63,878 nt of DNA, filler included, from Collodictyon triciliatum (GCA_043381765.1; 27 parts of 27 records of this genome joined end to end with filler, not necessarily neighbours in it); one strand, 5' to 3'; numbered from the whole stretch's first letter, positions 15,002-29,089 are shown. Numbers and translations: made by a program. The notes: generated from the letters alone by a model not told the origin.

Positions 15002-16143
15002 TCAACTTGGACAAATGTCGGTAACTTTTCTCGGTTCTTCGTTTATCCATAGCAAGGGGAGATCATTTATAGAAGACGCATTTTTGTTGATGATTTCATC
15101 TTGAACATACTTCCAGTATATGGTATTCCTTGTGTTCTCATTAAAGTGAATGAATGAAGGTCTTGATTTCGTAGGAACATACTCTAGATGGTCCTGATTT
15201 TTCCTCACCCAAGGACAATCAGGTTGGCAAACATCTTCGATCTTTAACATCACCATAGAAAACTCTACACAGTGATCTAGATAGATACCGTATTTACCCT
15301 TCAGGTGAGCTTCATGGAAGAACATCTGGTCGTCTGTGCCTAAATTTTTCAGACCAGCCATCTCCTCACACATGTCTCCTAACATTTCTTTCAAGACCCA
15401 GGCGTATGCGATATAAATACCCGAATTTATGAAGCGTGGCCTGAATAAAAAATGGCATGTTACGTTGCCTACTTCGTAGATTTATCAAATATTCATATTA
15501 AAAATTACCCTCTTTCCGAACATTTATTGAAGGACCCGATAGAGTCGTACAACATCGAGCAGCTACTTTCGCTGAGGATGGCATTTGGAATGAATCTTTG
15601 GACGAGCTCTGGGGGCCAACACACATATTCAACTGACATAACCATACTGACATTTTTTTGCCTGAATTTACGGACGATCTCGTCAAAATTTTCATTGAAT
15701 ACTACGTCAAGGCAATCGGCAAAAAGAATAATAGTGTTATTATTATAGTTCCGGACTTGTTTATTCATTTCAATAATTTTGTTTCTGTTATGAACCCATT
15801 TCGAACCGAATTTCAAGATATGTAATAGGACACCATTTGAATTAGCTGACTTTACAAAGTTGCAGAATCTATGCTTCGGGGAATCGCAAATAGATATTAC
15901 CACTGCATTATTTCTTGTCAATGCTTTATTGTACACATCCTTATAAATGCCCATATCTGATCCATGATATAATTCAATGCCAAGACCTTGGTTTTGATCT
16001 TGTCTAAGGTTTAACAGATCTCCTCTGAAAAAGCCAAATGACAATCTGACATCAAAGCCGTTGCATAAGTAATAAAAAAAAAACGACAGAATTATAATAA
16101 TTGTGAACCCTGAGTAGAGATATCCGGCACTAAATACCGCCAT
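15002..16143 (-). CDS. PLOD1-3-like glycosyltransferase (GT-A) domain protein with N-terminal membrane anchor; complete, 2 exons, 357 aa
   Basis: Exons 16143-15509 and 15440-15002 with a 68-nt GT-AG intron. Motifs IILFADCLDVVF, MSVEYVCWP, PRFINSGIYIAYA, TDDQMFF, IYLDH and FIHFN parallel PLOD GT motifs (FTDSYD, SAExxCWP, RFLNSG, DDDQLF, HGNG). Confidence 0.85.
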
Positions 16144-17231
16144 ATATGTACCCGCCTTAGATTAAATATTGAAAGATTTAGTGACACTAGACTTAATCCG
16201 AGTTCATTTGTGCATCACAATAAGATGTTTGGTATGGAATTTGTAATGTATTTGACTAATTCTCTCAGAAAGATGATCATGGACAACATGAGGAAACAGC
16301 TAGAGCCTGGCTCAATGTCTTATATCACCCACATCCCTATTGCAGAGTCCAACGCGATGACTAGTCACCAAAAGTAAGAATAAACTTTCCATCGATAAAT
16401 TTTGAAAATAGCACAAAATACCAATTTTTGTAAAACCAAGCAATTTGAAAGGATGAAATAAGTATCAATACACCACTACTATTTACTATTGACCCACCAT
16501 TCGGTATATAAACAAACTGAGCTCTGTGAATGTACATAATTAAAAAATTCTAAAACGACATGTTGCGTTTTTCCCAAAGTTTAATATTTAACAAACGAAT
16601 AGAACGTCACATTTTTTCCTTCCAATAACAAAAATTGCAAAATGGCGTTAAGAGATGAGAGAATTCCTGAATGAATATTTTTAGATAATTATTCCTTTCA
16701 GTTTTGTGCCGTTTGGTGGAAATGCTGGACTTGGTTTGGCTCATCATCGTTTGCATGGACGCTACTTGGTGGCCGAGTGGCGGAGAAGTAGTCGGTAATC
16801 AGGAATTGCATCCTGCGCTTTGGCCTGTAGCCTGGGTCTTGTGCTTNNNNNNNNNNNNNNNNNNNNNNNNNNNNNNNNNNNNNNNNNNNNTTAATTAATT
16901 AANNNNNNNNNNNNNNNNNNNNNNNNNNNNNNNNNNNNNNNNNNNNTATTTTATTCTATTTTATTCTATTTTATTCTATTTTATTCTATTTTATTCTATT
17001 TTATTCTATTTTATTCTATTTTATTCTATTTTATTCTATTTTATTCTATTTTATTCTATTTTATTCTATTTTATTCTATTTTATTCTATTTTATTCTATT
17101 TTATTCTATTTTATTCTTCTTCATATATTATTTTTCACTCTTTATAAATCCATTTAATTCTACTTTGTATGAATTATTCATTTATGCATATTGTTCTGTA
17201 GTAGTAATACTAAGTTTGTTTCCCCATCAAG

Positions 17232-19107
17232 TTGGTGGATGTCGATGAGAAACTCATCGATCGAATAAACGCCGTATGGGAAAGGGACAAAGAAAGACGC
17301 GAACATCGTCGCCACAACCAAAAGGACGAGCATGAAGAGCAGAATCACTCCGGAGTGTACGCATATTATATAAATTCCAAATGGTTCAAGCATATACCCT
17401 TCTCTTGTTATAGTTATGTAATCATAGCTATGATATTCGTGGATGGATATATCGATTTATATTATTTTATGCAACCAGTCATTAACGACATGATATTTGA
17501 TATAAGTACGATGCACCAAATCACTTTCTTTTTCCTATAAATTACAATGATGGCCTTTTACTTAAGTGTCATAGGCATGAGTGTCCTCGGCCCACCGAAG
17601 ACCACCTCTACCTACGACTTTGGCCCGGATGCTCTCAAACAGAAGGCACCCTTGGAAAGATTTACTACCGTTCCGTTTGAGTCTCTTCCCAATTTGAAAT
17701 CATGTAGTTGACTTTTATTTTTATATTTTTATTTTTTATTCTTTTATTTTTATTCTTTTATTTTTTATTCTTTTATTTTTTATTCTTTTATTTTTTATTC
17801 TTTTATTTTTTATTCTTTTATTTTTTATTCTTTTATTTTTTATTCTTTTATTTTTTGTTTTTTTGTTTTTTTGTTTTTTTGTTTTTTTGTTTTATTTTTA
17901 TTTTTATTTTTATAAAAATTAGAGTTACGAATGTCTGATAATTATGAATTACATGAGTTATCCACACATAATTTTATATTTAGCTCCTTACTCTGTAAAG
18001 AATGCATTCCCCACAAAAGAATATCAGGAAGCTAGGATGCGAGCTCGAAAAGCTCAAGTATTCATAATATTCACTTTATTCTTCCTGCATATACTTACGT
18101 ATATGTTCCAAGTTCTATCTTTACTTCATTTGTGTTATATTTTGAGTCGCATTCCGTTATCTATTAGACAGGCATCACTTTTTTCCAAGCAGACGAGGAA
18201 GAATCTACCCAAGCTTTTCCTGTTTTAATTGCAAAAGGTATAAATTATATTTACAACTAGAAGATGTATCTAAAAGAAAGAAGATAGAAAAATGATGCAG
18301 ATTACAATAACCAGTTTTGAATCGATATAGGCACTCCAAAGAAAAAGAAAACAGTGTAAGATGATCCCCCCTGAAACTTATTTGGCTAGGATGCATATAT
18401 TAGATTGAGCGCTTCTGAAATATTGATGTGCGCCATATTTGACTTGCGTTGTGTGTGAAGTATTTTTATATCAAAATAATCCAGCAAATTATGTCTAGAG
18501 GTCAAGCCCCCGGCAGCAGCTTTGCAATCTCTACAATATATGAGAGCAATTCTGAAACATCCAAGTGGGGACTTTCCACACCGGTGAAAACCCACGGTTG
18601 TCATATACTATCAGAGTTTCTTTCAAAATTGTTTTTTTTTTATTATTGATTTTATTATCGACCTCTTTGTTATAAATGCTTTCATAATTCTTTTTTTTAA
18701 AAAAAAAAAATACTAAACTATTATTAAAAGGGAATAAGATGACTTCTCAATCGTCTCTGTCTAATCTTGCGAGTCCGTATACTGATGGCACAGCCTATTC
18801 CACCCCTGCTTCGACTCCGTGCACGCTTTTTCTTGTATACAACTACAAAATATTCGTCTTGCCAATCTTCCCTTTTCCCTTACATTTGATTTAAAAACAT
18901 CCACGTTGTCAATTATTTTTCGCTGTTATAATTTCTTGGTAGTTTTTTATTTCAGTTATGAAGAATTGCTTTTATCTGACTATTAGTGATTATTCATGTT
19001 GATTCATAAAAATGCTGCTTTCGTCGATTATAAAATAATAATTTTTGTTAATAGGAATCCGAAACACCATCCCATGCATCCGCATCTCAGGATGGAAGAA
19101 AACCGGA
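17232..19107 (+). CDS. Multi-exon gene fragment, unknown protein
   Basis: A series of GT-AG-bounded open exons (e.g. LVDVDEKLIDRINAVWERDKERRE; GPPKTTSTYDFGPDALKQK; S/T-rich exons). No family recognised. Confidence 0.5.
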
Positions 19108-20102
19108 AGTAAAATTATTATTTTTATTTTTTATTATTATTATTTTATTATTATCATTATTTTATCATTATTATTTTATTATTATTATTTTATTATTATT
19201 ATTTTATTATTATTATTTTATTATTATTATTTTATTATTATTATTTTATTATTATTATTTTATTANNNNNNNNNNNNNNNNNNNNNNNNNNNNNNNNNNN
19301 NNNNNNNNNTTAATTAATTAANNNNNNNNNNNNNNNNNNNNNNNNNNNNNNNNNNNNNNNNNNNNGTCGTCACGATGGAATCGCTCGACCGGCTTTAGGA
19401 GTCGATTTGTCACCTTGTGAACACACTCGGCCCACCACAAGAAGCACTACCGAGTAGTCAACGTTCCAAACAACGGAACCCATGTGCTGTTTACCATTTC
19501 ATCTCTTTTTTTTTTCCCCCAACGCGCACTGTCTCGTCTTAAATCCTTCTTTTAACGCCTGAAGCCGACCCACCTACAAAGCATACAAAGAGGCCATAAA
19601 AAAAATAACCGCACAGATTTGAGCAGCGAAGAAGCTACACACCGCACATATTCACTCGTTATGTGTCTCATAATTCGCACCTGCACCCAAGTGATTGCAG
19701 AGTCTATGTCCTCTCTCTCTGACTCTGACTCTCTGACTCTCTTGCTTGCCGAGCCGCTGAGTTGGGGTGGACAGATATGGTATGAGTCCGACGTGATCAA
19801 GGCTACGACAGCCGTGAGAGATCAAACAAAATATCAGCTGACAGGTTGCTGGGTTATCAAATCATTCTTTCGCTTGGAGTCGCTTCGTCTCTCGACACAA
19901 GAGCCTGCCTCTATGTCTCGAGTTTTGCAAAAGTTCAAAGAAAGAGCCTTTTTTTTTCCCCCAAAGAGCAGCTTCGCGCTTGGAATCATCCGCGGAAGTA
20001 GAGAAGCCTTTGTCTCGCGACCAATCCCGATTTCCTTTTCTCATATCATCTAATTATTTCTCATATGTCATCTCCCTAATCCCCACCGGCAGACTGGGTA
20101 AT

Positions 20103-21497
20103 ATGACCCTAAGCAGTGATGAGCTGGTCATCTTACGAGCAACTCACTTTTCAACAAACGGGGTCTCCTTGATCAGCTCTATCATTGTGATATGCTCGTA
20201 CTGGCGCCAGAAACGAACTGCCGTGTTTCCCTTGCGACTTGCGTACTATGTGTCCGTGGCAGACTTCTTTACAGAGTTCTTTTCGCTATTCCCGTTGTTC
20301 TTTCTCACATCCCCGCTCACCCAAGACGTCGAGGAGATGAACCGCTTGGCTTGTTGGTTTCAAGGTTCATTCCACCATTCAAAGTCATATAATTTATCTC
20401 CCAACGGAGGACCATCACCATTAACTTCTGTGGGTTTGCAGCCACAGGGACGTACGCCTTCAACATAGCGGCTGGACTATGGACAACTTCCATAGCATTC
20501 ACAATTTATCGCATGATCATTCACTTCGACCATCAGGTAGAGCCTGGTCAAATAGCATAGCTGCATACACAGCAGCTTATCTCGCCAAATTATGAGTTTT
20601 TCTTGATATAAATTAAAAGTCAGTTATTTTTGACTGTACAATTGCATTATAGTGTGCCAGATTTGAGAAGTTCTTTCATATGTTCAACTGGGGGTTGCCG
20701 GCTATTCTTGTCACAATCATCACCTCCACGAACCAATTTGGTCCAACGAACCCCTTGTATGTAATGACATGGTCCAAAATTATATTGTATTTGTAGAATG
20801 TGAATACACATGATTCATTTGTACCATAGTTGCTACGTTTTCAAGGGAAATGCTCCGATGAGATTCCTGATGTTGTATACGTTCATCATTACTGCACTGG
20901 TTTATGACCTGGTCATGTACTATGCTGTATTCAAAGGAATCCGTCTTTACAAACAGGTAGGTATTCCATGTTCAAGTCTCCTTTATTTCGATCATAAAAT
21001 ATACTGACTATTTATTGCGAAAAATTAAGGTAACAAAATCAATCTAATCATTTCAATATATGCCGAAACATCAACAGGAAATATCTAGTGTCGTAGATAT
21101 CAAGGATAAGCAATATTTGGTTTTCGAGTCCAAGCTATCACGAAGGATGATGTCCGTTGTTTTAGTGTTTTTGTTTTCTTGGGCTTGGCCTATTGTTAAT
21201 AGAACATATGCCTTGTTCGAGCCTGAACAAGAGGTTGTTTCTCCAAAAAAAATTTTTTAAATTCTTTTACAGTTTTCTGTTTTTCAATATATCTGCTATC
21301 ACGAGTGCGCACTTGTTTTCAATTACTATTCTTATTATAAATATTAGTCATATATTTTTATTCTTTTCAAACTACAAGTATATAATTCTACTTATACCCC
21401 TCAGTTTTGGTTCTTTTGGTTGCATCACTTCTTCCTGCCACTAGAGGGATTATGGAACAGTTTGGTTTATTGGGATAACAAACGAATTCGCAGCAAA
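20103..21497 (+). CDS. 7-TM G-protein-coupled receptor of the cAMP-receptor/GCR1-like family, 3'-partial
   Basis: Six exons give seven hydrophobic helices with LRLAYYVSVADF, ACWFQ, LWTTSIAFTIY, EKFFHMFNWGLP, FCYV, VFLFSWAWPIVNR and LPLEGLWNSLVY. Confidence 0.85.
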
Positions 21498-21784
21498 GTC
21501 GGGTGCGATTTCTCCTCCTTTATCTTCGTCTTTGTCTTTGTCTTTGTATTTGTATTTGTCTTTGTCTTTGTATTTGTCTTTGTCTTTGTCTTTGTCTTTG
21601 TCTTTGTCTTTGTCTTTGTCTTTGTCTTTGTCTTTGTCTTTGTCTTTGTCTTTGTCTTTGTCTTTGTCTTTGTCTTTCAATATTNNNNNNNNNNNNNNNN
21701 NNNNNNNNNNNNNNNNNNNNNNNNNNNNTTAATTAATTAANNNNNNNNNNNNNNNNNNNNNNNNNNNNNNNNNNNNNNNNNNNN

Positions 21785-21847
<63 letters not shown>

Positions 21848-23699
21848 ACAATTATAAAACGAATGTACCACAATAGTGCAACAGCCTGCCTTCTTTCAAA
21901 ACGAATTGACTGATAATACGCGCCATCGGAAAACGTGTGTGCGTAGCGGCGTTAGTAGCTTAAATGAACAAAAATGAGAGAAAAACAAGGGTTTATAGGG
22001 ATGCAACGATACTATTATTTAGACTCTAGTTGTTCGACTATTTTCATAATAAACTACGTTGTTTTTATTTCACCGATACCCAACTCGCTGAGGTTGATAC
22101 ATAAAGTACATATCAATAGCAATGTTTGTTATTTTTTTACTCATACATAGTTTAGCCTATTTGTCAAAATCCGTGTTCTTGGAGTTATTGTGAGTCAAAG
22201 CAGTCCTCCTCTAGTTCCTTAACAAATAGAAGGTTGCTCTTTATCATCAAAGCTGATCGACTTAAATTGGTGGGTATAGGTGAGTTAAATATATACTCGT
22301 GGTGTGGATAAAAGAAAATCCTGCTTTCTTTCCAACCATGAAGAGGTTTAGCTGAATATTGGCGATTAAAATGTGAATTGAGATAGTTGGCATAAAGAAA
22401 GGAGATGAGTAAGGAGATGACACTATTGGGAGGTAACTGAAAGTGAGTTAGCCAGGCGACCAACCCAAGACTATTTGAGTTTTTAGTTTCGCGTATAACT
22501 TTTTGTATATATCCGATTCATAATTCAGCATTATCCACCACAGCTCGATGCCTCATAATGTACTGACTCCCATGGAGTGCAAAGGTCACTTAAAATAATT
22601 GGATAATGAATAGGAGGTGTTCTAAAATGGGCACAAACGTGAAAGGATGGAGAGAACTAATTCAAATATTCATTCAGCATTCATCATTTCTTTTAAGGAT
22701 TTCATAGGTATGTAGAGATGCTATTAGTATTCACACGCGGTCATCCTGGTATGCAGCGGCATTACTGATTAAATAGTTTGTGTCTTCAATTTCATTACAA
22801 TTTTATGTGATATGAGGCTATTTTGCTGTTATTTTATGCGACCATATGTGAAATTGAATTAATTGGTGGTATTACACACCAATATTGTTTTGCCTTTTGT
22901 AATTACTTTATGTATCGCACTACATTAGATTATGACCAGTCTTCATTTTGTATGGCTTTTATTCTGAATTTTATTAAAGGATGTGGTGATGCCTTTAAGA
23001 CTTTCATTATTGAGTATTTTTTAAAATAATACAAAGGAATTAATGAAACAGTTATATGAGTAAGTATTTTAGTTCCTCAAATGAGCTATTCCCATAATCA
23101 TGTGTTGATATCTGCTTGGAACGGAGAGTATATTCTTGAGGTAGGCATGAATACTTGCTGTCCTAATGGAGGCTGCGTGGAATGACCTTTTCTGTGTTTT
23201 TATGTCTCCTTTTTAATGTTATTTTATATAGAAAAATCAAAATCGTGCTTAAAATATTCATATATGAAAGTGGCGATTAGGGTGGTTTGTCTGCTGAGAT
23301 TATGGCTCCATCTGAAATTATAAATTATGAATATTATATAGTTATCATTGAAATTGAGTTTTTGTATATTATTTGATATATTTTTTATAATTCAGTGGGT
23401 ATTTAGTATTTTATCTGAGTATTTTGAATTCTTTATCACAATCATAATCTTTTATTTTGTACAAGTTGAAAGAAATCTTTTAAAAAAACATTTTCTATCA
23501 GAACGATTCATCCAGATGGCATCCCTGTGTCATAATGGATATTATTATTTAAAAAAGCTTAGTGTGATACATAAATAAATATTTAGTATTTCAAGGAATA
23601 CTTTAAAGTGTGAAATAATACAATCGAAGGGCTCTTCTGATTTAATCTAACCATTAATGACCTCCAGTCAGACCAGAAGTATGATGGCGCCAGCCAGCC

Positions 23700-24102
23700 C
23701 TGTGCATAACGGAACTTGCATCGGGAAGCGGAACCTCCAATCAACCATTTTTTTACATACGACGATTGAGGATTGCGATTTATAATAAGCTTTATAAAGA
23801 CTTCTTGCTTTATCAGTCTTCGTGGCAGGTTATGAAAAATCTTTTGCATTCACAAACTTCAAGAATATGTGCAAGCAACTGCGGGAGGTTATGGAAGCCC
23901 GAAAGTGCTACGAGAAGGACGTGACTCTAATAGTGGACAGCCCTGCCCTTGGACTCAGAATCGCCTTCCCAAAAAAAGAAAACACAGCTGCCTTCATTAA
24001 GGAGGGGTCGTTTAAGCTCCTCAATCACCAATACACTCCCATGCCAGCAAAAACTGTCACAAAGGTTGCGCACCTGTCTAACATACCGCTGGGGGTCAAC
24101 TG
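23700..24102 (+). mobile_element. Diverged second copy of the 5' part of ORF1 of the L1/Tx1-like element
   Basis: Aligns by eye to the reverse complement of about 28380-28790. Shared sequence includes GAACTTGCATCGGGAA-CGGAACCTCC and CACCAATACACTCCCATGCCAGCAAAAACTGTCACAAAGGTTGCGCACCTGTCTAACATACCGC. Confidence 0.85.
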
Positions 24103-24202
24103 NNNNNNNNNNNNNNNNNNNNNNNNNNNNNNNNNNNNNNNNNNNNTTAATTAATTAANNNNNNNNNNNNNNNNNNNNNNNNNNNNNNNNNNNNNNNNNN
24201 NN

Positions 24203-24247
<45 letters not shown>

Positions 24248-24339
24248 CTTTTTTCTTTTTTTCTTTTTTTCTTTTTTTCTTTTTTCTTTTTTCTTTTTTC
24301 TTTTTTTTTGTTCAAGGTATTGTGAAGTAGATAACAAAC

Positions 24340-25326
24340 CTGGAGTCGAGCACAAGAAGTTGGTTGACCTGATCGATTCTGCCTGACACGCGACTGTAAT
24401 TCGTCCAATTGATGATTGATGATTGATGATTGATGATTGATGATTGATGATTGATGATTGATGATTCATGATTGATGATTCATGATTGATGATTCATGAT
24501 TCATGATTCATGATTCATGATTGATGATTGATGATTGATGATTGATGATTCATGATTCATGATTCATGATTGATGATTGATGATTGATGATTGATGTAAT
24601 TTATGTGTGACCCACTTGTCCAGAATCATATCAACAAGAAGGGTCTCGACGTCGGGTTGTGGGATGTTCAGTTCCTGCAGCGTGTGATTCGTCTGATGAA
24701 GAGCGTTTTTTTCATGTGATTGATTGGTGATGTTGACTTACTTTGGAGATAAACTGCAGCGTGATTTTGGTGTATGGGCGAATAATGCGAATGAGGACTT
24801 GAGTTCTGTTCGTGTGATTTAATAATTGTTAAATATATATGTATATTGAAAAGACACATATTGTTCCGCACATAATATATAATGCAGCTCTATTTCTTTT
24901 TCTTTATTAAATTTTCATATTCAGGAAACTGAGGCTAGTGGCGATACATATAAAACACATCTTTGGTGTGGGTTGAGTGCAAATGTGTGAAGCTCAGTGA
25001 CTTGGCAAATTACCTAATGTTTCTGAGCAAATCTTCAATGTAGTTGCGGATGAACGGGTCTTCCATGATGGTGCGTTTGTTATCCTTGATGAAAATAAAA
25101 ATAAAAATAAAAATAAAAATGAGAATGAAAATAAAAATAAGAATAAGAATATGAGAATGAATATAAAGCATGCGATTTTGAAAAGTGGAAATATTTGCAT
25201 TATTTATGATTGAAAAATTAAAAGATTTACGGTCAGAATTTTCTCGAACTCTCGAATGTCGCCTCTCATGTATGAGCTTTAATGAATTTTGAGAGGTTGG
25301 CTTGGTTAAAAACATAGAGAAAAATA

Positions 25327-25398
<72 letters not shown>

Positions 25399-26315
25399 CC
25401 ACCCGAGCTTCGTCTTTGTGTATGAGGGGAACAAATTGAACGGAGTAATTAAAAAAAATAATACAAGAATTTGACACAAAGGATGAAGCTGCTTTTTTTT
25501 ATTCAAAGGAATCAACGAGTCGATAGATATTTAGCCTCACCCAACAAGGTTTGTCATCGCCAGAATTTCAGAGTCGTTCTTATACCTTTGAAAACCAAAA
25601 ATATAACAAAGACTTAAATACTGTAGAAGCTGTGCGCAATCTGGGTGAAGATGTAAAAAAAAAAAACGAGAATATGGAAAAAATACGGCTTCGCTTCTTG
25701 TGAGTCAAAAGGATCGATTTCAGACATCATCAGCATATTTGCGAGGACAAGGTATCTGTATAATTATCGGAGGAAAGCTCATCATCACAAAAGATAGAGG
25801 AAATAGGGAGAAATAATAACCGGCAAGCAAAATTAAACATTAACAATATGTATATAAAGATGGGTTAAAAAAAGTAAGCTTCAATTATTTCCATTAGTTT
25901 GTGATTATCATGAATTGATAAATGTGCTCTTTCGAAGACAGTGTTCGACCAGCAGAACATTCCTAAATATTACTTCAAGCATTGTATCCTTCGCGGGCTT
26001 CCACATTCATCATAATTCTTGAATGCTTCAAAAAAGTCTGTGTGAGCCTTCCTCTGTTAAAACGTCAAGTACACTGTGATTAGGCTCCATAGAAATCTCG
26101 AGGTAAAGACAATGTCATTTGAAATAGCCTCATTTGCACCGCACGATGGTTTATTGTATTTGTTGATTTAATCAGACTGTTAACCACATTTTAAAAAAAT
26201 AACAAACCCATTCTCGTTCCGACATATGCATTTTACCTCCGCACTCGCGAATAACACCCATGATTCTTGGGTGCGGAATGGCCGACTTGACAAGCAGAGA
26301 CCTTTGGTACAAGTC
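24340..26315 (-). CDS. CSN2: COP9 signalosome subunit 2, internal/C-terminal exons
   Basis: Spliced peptides: [102 protein letters not shown]. Confidence 0.95.
24409..24596. repeat. Intronic 7-mer tandem repeat with mixed TTGATGA/TTCATGA units
   Basis: Directly visible inside a CSN2 intron. Confidence 0.9.
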
Positions 26316-26440
26316 CTAAAGCCGCCGAATAGTGACGCAATTCGAATGATTTCAAGGAAGTACGAGAAAACAAAATTCCACATTTCTCATGGTCAGGCTA
26401 TTAATCGTTTTTTCTTTTTCTTTTTCTTTGTTTTTTTTTT

Positions 26441-26520
<80 letters not shown>

Positions 26521-26620
26521 NNNNNNNNNNNNNNNNNNNNNNNNNNNNNNNNNNNNNNNNNNNNTTAATTAATTAANNNNNNNNNNNNNNNNNNNNNNNN
26601 NNNNNNNNNNNNNNNNNNNN

Positions 26621-26857
26621 GGCTATCCATTTCTTGCATAAAAACGCTACACCTGCATGTCTCTGCTGGTTATCGTCACAGGACCACATTTGTGGACCTT
26701 TCCATATTTCATCATTGGTTAGATTATCAGGGCTGAGCCATGTTTCTTGGAGGCAGATGATGTCTGAATGAGAGAAAATAGCAGTGTTTAGAGCCTCTTT
26801 TCTTTTTTGGGGGTCATTAATCACCCTAACGTTCCACGACAGAACGTTAAAACGCAT
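26621..26857 (-). CDS. ORF2 N-terminal apurinic-endonuclease-like (APE/EEP) domain, truncated by the contig end
   Basis: MRFNVLSWNVR...DIICLQETWL...W...HAGVAFL are the N-terminal motifs of L1-type endonucleases. Confidence 0.9.
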
Positions 26858-28937
26858 GAATAATCTATTGGCTTTTGGAAGCAGTAGCCTCCGGTGGTTG
26901 GCCCTCTCCGCTGGAGCTGGGTTGCTCAGGGTGGGATGGTTTACTCGAGTAATCCTTCATTTGGCCGGTGTTATAATTGCTCGCGTTTCGGCCAGGATTT
27001 GTCGGATGGTCTTGGACTTTGGGCTGCACCCCCTTCGTAGCTGGTGTGTTGGGAGATGCACTCTGTCGGTCACTAGTAACCCTCGGTTCCAATTTTTCTC
27101 CCTCATCCACGCGGTAGGCAGAGCAACTATGTTTCCACTTTCATTCTGGCTTGCTTTCTGGCTCGCTATATTCGGTGATGTACTTGACTGATTCACTCTC
27201 TTTTCATCGGGCGAGGCTTTAACTTCGACGGTTTCGGTCTTTTTTTGGTGCGCCAGTGATTGCAGCATGAGTAACCGGTGTTTTGTGTTCATGAACATTT
27301 CTTTTTCTTGCATTGGAAGCCGATTCTCGCTGGGGAGTCGCAAGAGTTTCGACAGCAGGTCTGGTCCCATAAACAGTACTTGAGGAGTAGTTTGTCGTTC
27401 CCGAAGCTTCAAGGTGCTCACTTTCTTCTTCAGCAGAACCTTCTATGATGACGACAGGTTGGATGGACTGTTGTTCCTCCAATCCAGAGTCTGGGACGTC
27501 GCTTCTTATGGATTGCGCAGTACTTGCTGAAGAAAGAGTCTCTTGGGTGGTCCCAGGAGCCATGACCTCTAAGGAGGTAGGCGGGTGTGGTTTGCTGGGT
27601 GCCATTATGCTGATTCCCGATTCTGTTACCGAGTTGGCTTGGGCTTCCCTTTCCTCGGCATCTCTCCATGATTTGAAGGAGAGCTTGGTGAGATATCATT
27701 GGCTTGAGTAGGTTGGTAATCTTGGAGGTTATCGATGTTTCCTCCACTTTGAAGCCATTCCACGATTGATATTGCTTCCTCTGTGTTCATTGGCGAACTT
27801 GATGCACTTTCGGGAAAATCACCGGGTGTTTCGTCCATTTCTTGATTTTGGGGCCGCTCTTGAACCTTTGTCTTGATTGAGACTTCGAGCACTTCATCCA
27901 TGGGCGTCTTGTCACATTTTCTCCCTCTGGCATTAGAGGACGACGCGTGTTGCCTTTGGCCTTGTTTGTGGGCTCTGGGCTTGTTTTGCACAGACGATTC
28001 CTGCACGCTTGGCATGTCTTTAGCGCTGAAGTCGGCTACTTTTGTGTGGAAGCCTGAGAAGCGAGTGGCGGTGTTTTGTTTGTTGGTGGCTGCCTGATTG
28101 GTGGGCATCGGCTTGGCGGTAGTTTTTTTTTTTTGTGGTTTGACCTTTTTTGTCATTCCCTTATTTGTTGGGGAGAGTTGATGGGATGTCAGTCTCTTTG
28201 AGGGCGCGTATCTCCACGCGACAGCGTCTGCCATGAATGACGACAAAGGTTGGTTTTCCCATTTTTTCCTGTTCTTCGTCAAAAGTAACGAGTGCGTCAT
28301 TCATGCATATTCCTCCAGGCTTTGTCCAGTTGACTTTGATTGGGGTGAATTATTCACTGCAGGCTTCAAAAATGTCAGTCCAGCTGACCCCCGCGGTATG
28401 TTAGACAGGTGCGCAACCTTTGTGACAGTTTTTGCTGGCATGGGAGTGTATTGGTGGTTGAGGAGCTGGAAAGACCCCTGTTTAACGAAGGCAGCCGCGT
28501 TTTCTTTTCATGGGGACGGCGATTCTGAGTCTGAGGGCAGGGCTGTCCACCATAAGCGTCACGTCTTTCTCGTAACATTTTTGGGTTCTCATTACATCAC
28601 GCAGTTGCTTGCACATATTACTACGGTTTGCGAAAGAGAGAACCGGCCATTGCTTGCCCCGAAGGCGGACAAAGCAGTCTTTGTCTTTGAAGAGTTCATT
28701 ATGTATCGCACTTATTGATTCTGATACGTCAGCTGCAACAGTTCGATCGGGAGGTTCCGTTTCCCGATGCAAGTTCGACCGGTTGAAGTAGACCAGCCGG
28801 ATCAAAGAGAGAATGCTGCTTTCTTGGCGCAAGCTGTCGAAAAGGATGGTGAAAAGAGAAGTGAGGTTCGTTTGATAAGCACTAGGTCGAGTGCAAAGAG
28901 GACTTCTCTGCATGGTTGACTCACCTCCTTCCAGACC
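26621..28937 (-). mobile_element. L1/Tx1-like non-LTR retrotransposon: frameshifted ORF1 followed by the start of ORF2
   Basis: Intronless. ORF1 is broken into several frames (28913-26865), then a 7-nt spacer, then ORF2 begins with an APE endonuclease. A homologous copy sits at 23700-24102. Confidence 0.85.
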
Positions 28938-29044
28938 NNNNNNNNNNNNNNNNNNNNNNNNNNNNNNNNNNNNNNNNNNNNTTAATTAATTAANNNNNNN
29001 NNNNNNNNNNNNNNNNNNNNNNNNNNNNNNNNNNNNNAAAAATT

Positions 29045-29077
29045 AAAAAAAAGGGCCAGCCTGCTCTTTTTTTTTTT
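29045..29077. terminator. Stem-loop flanked by A and T runs, upstream of the decayed ORFan gene
   Basis: AAAAAAAAGGGC-CAGCCT-GCTCTTTTTTTTTTT: a 12-bp stem with one G-T pair. Function is inferred only. Confidence 0.4.
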
Positions 29078-29089
29078 CACTATATAATT

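Noticed and set aside
15441-15508. Apparent break or pseudogenisation of the glycosyltransferase
   Set aside because: Explained by a canonical 68-nt GT-AG intron that restores the frame.
25984-25992. Other U12-like RTATCCTT matches (2560, 2823, 25984, 50214, 55237)
   Set aside because: They are antisense to coding exons, inside a GT-AG intron, or intergenic. None marks an exon boundary.
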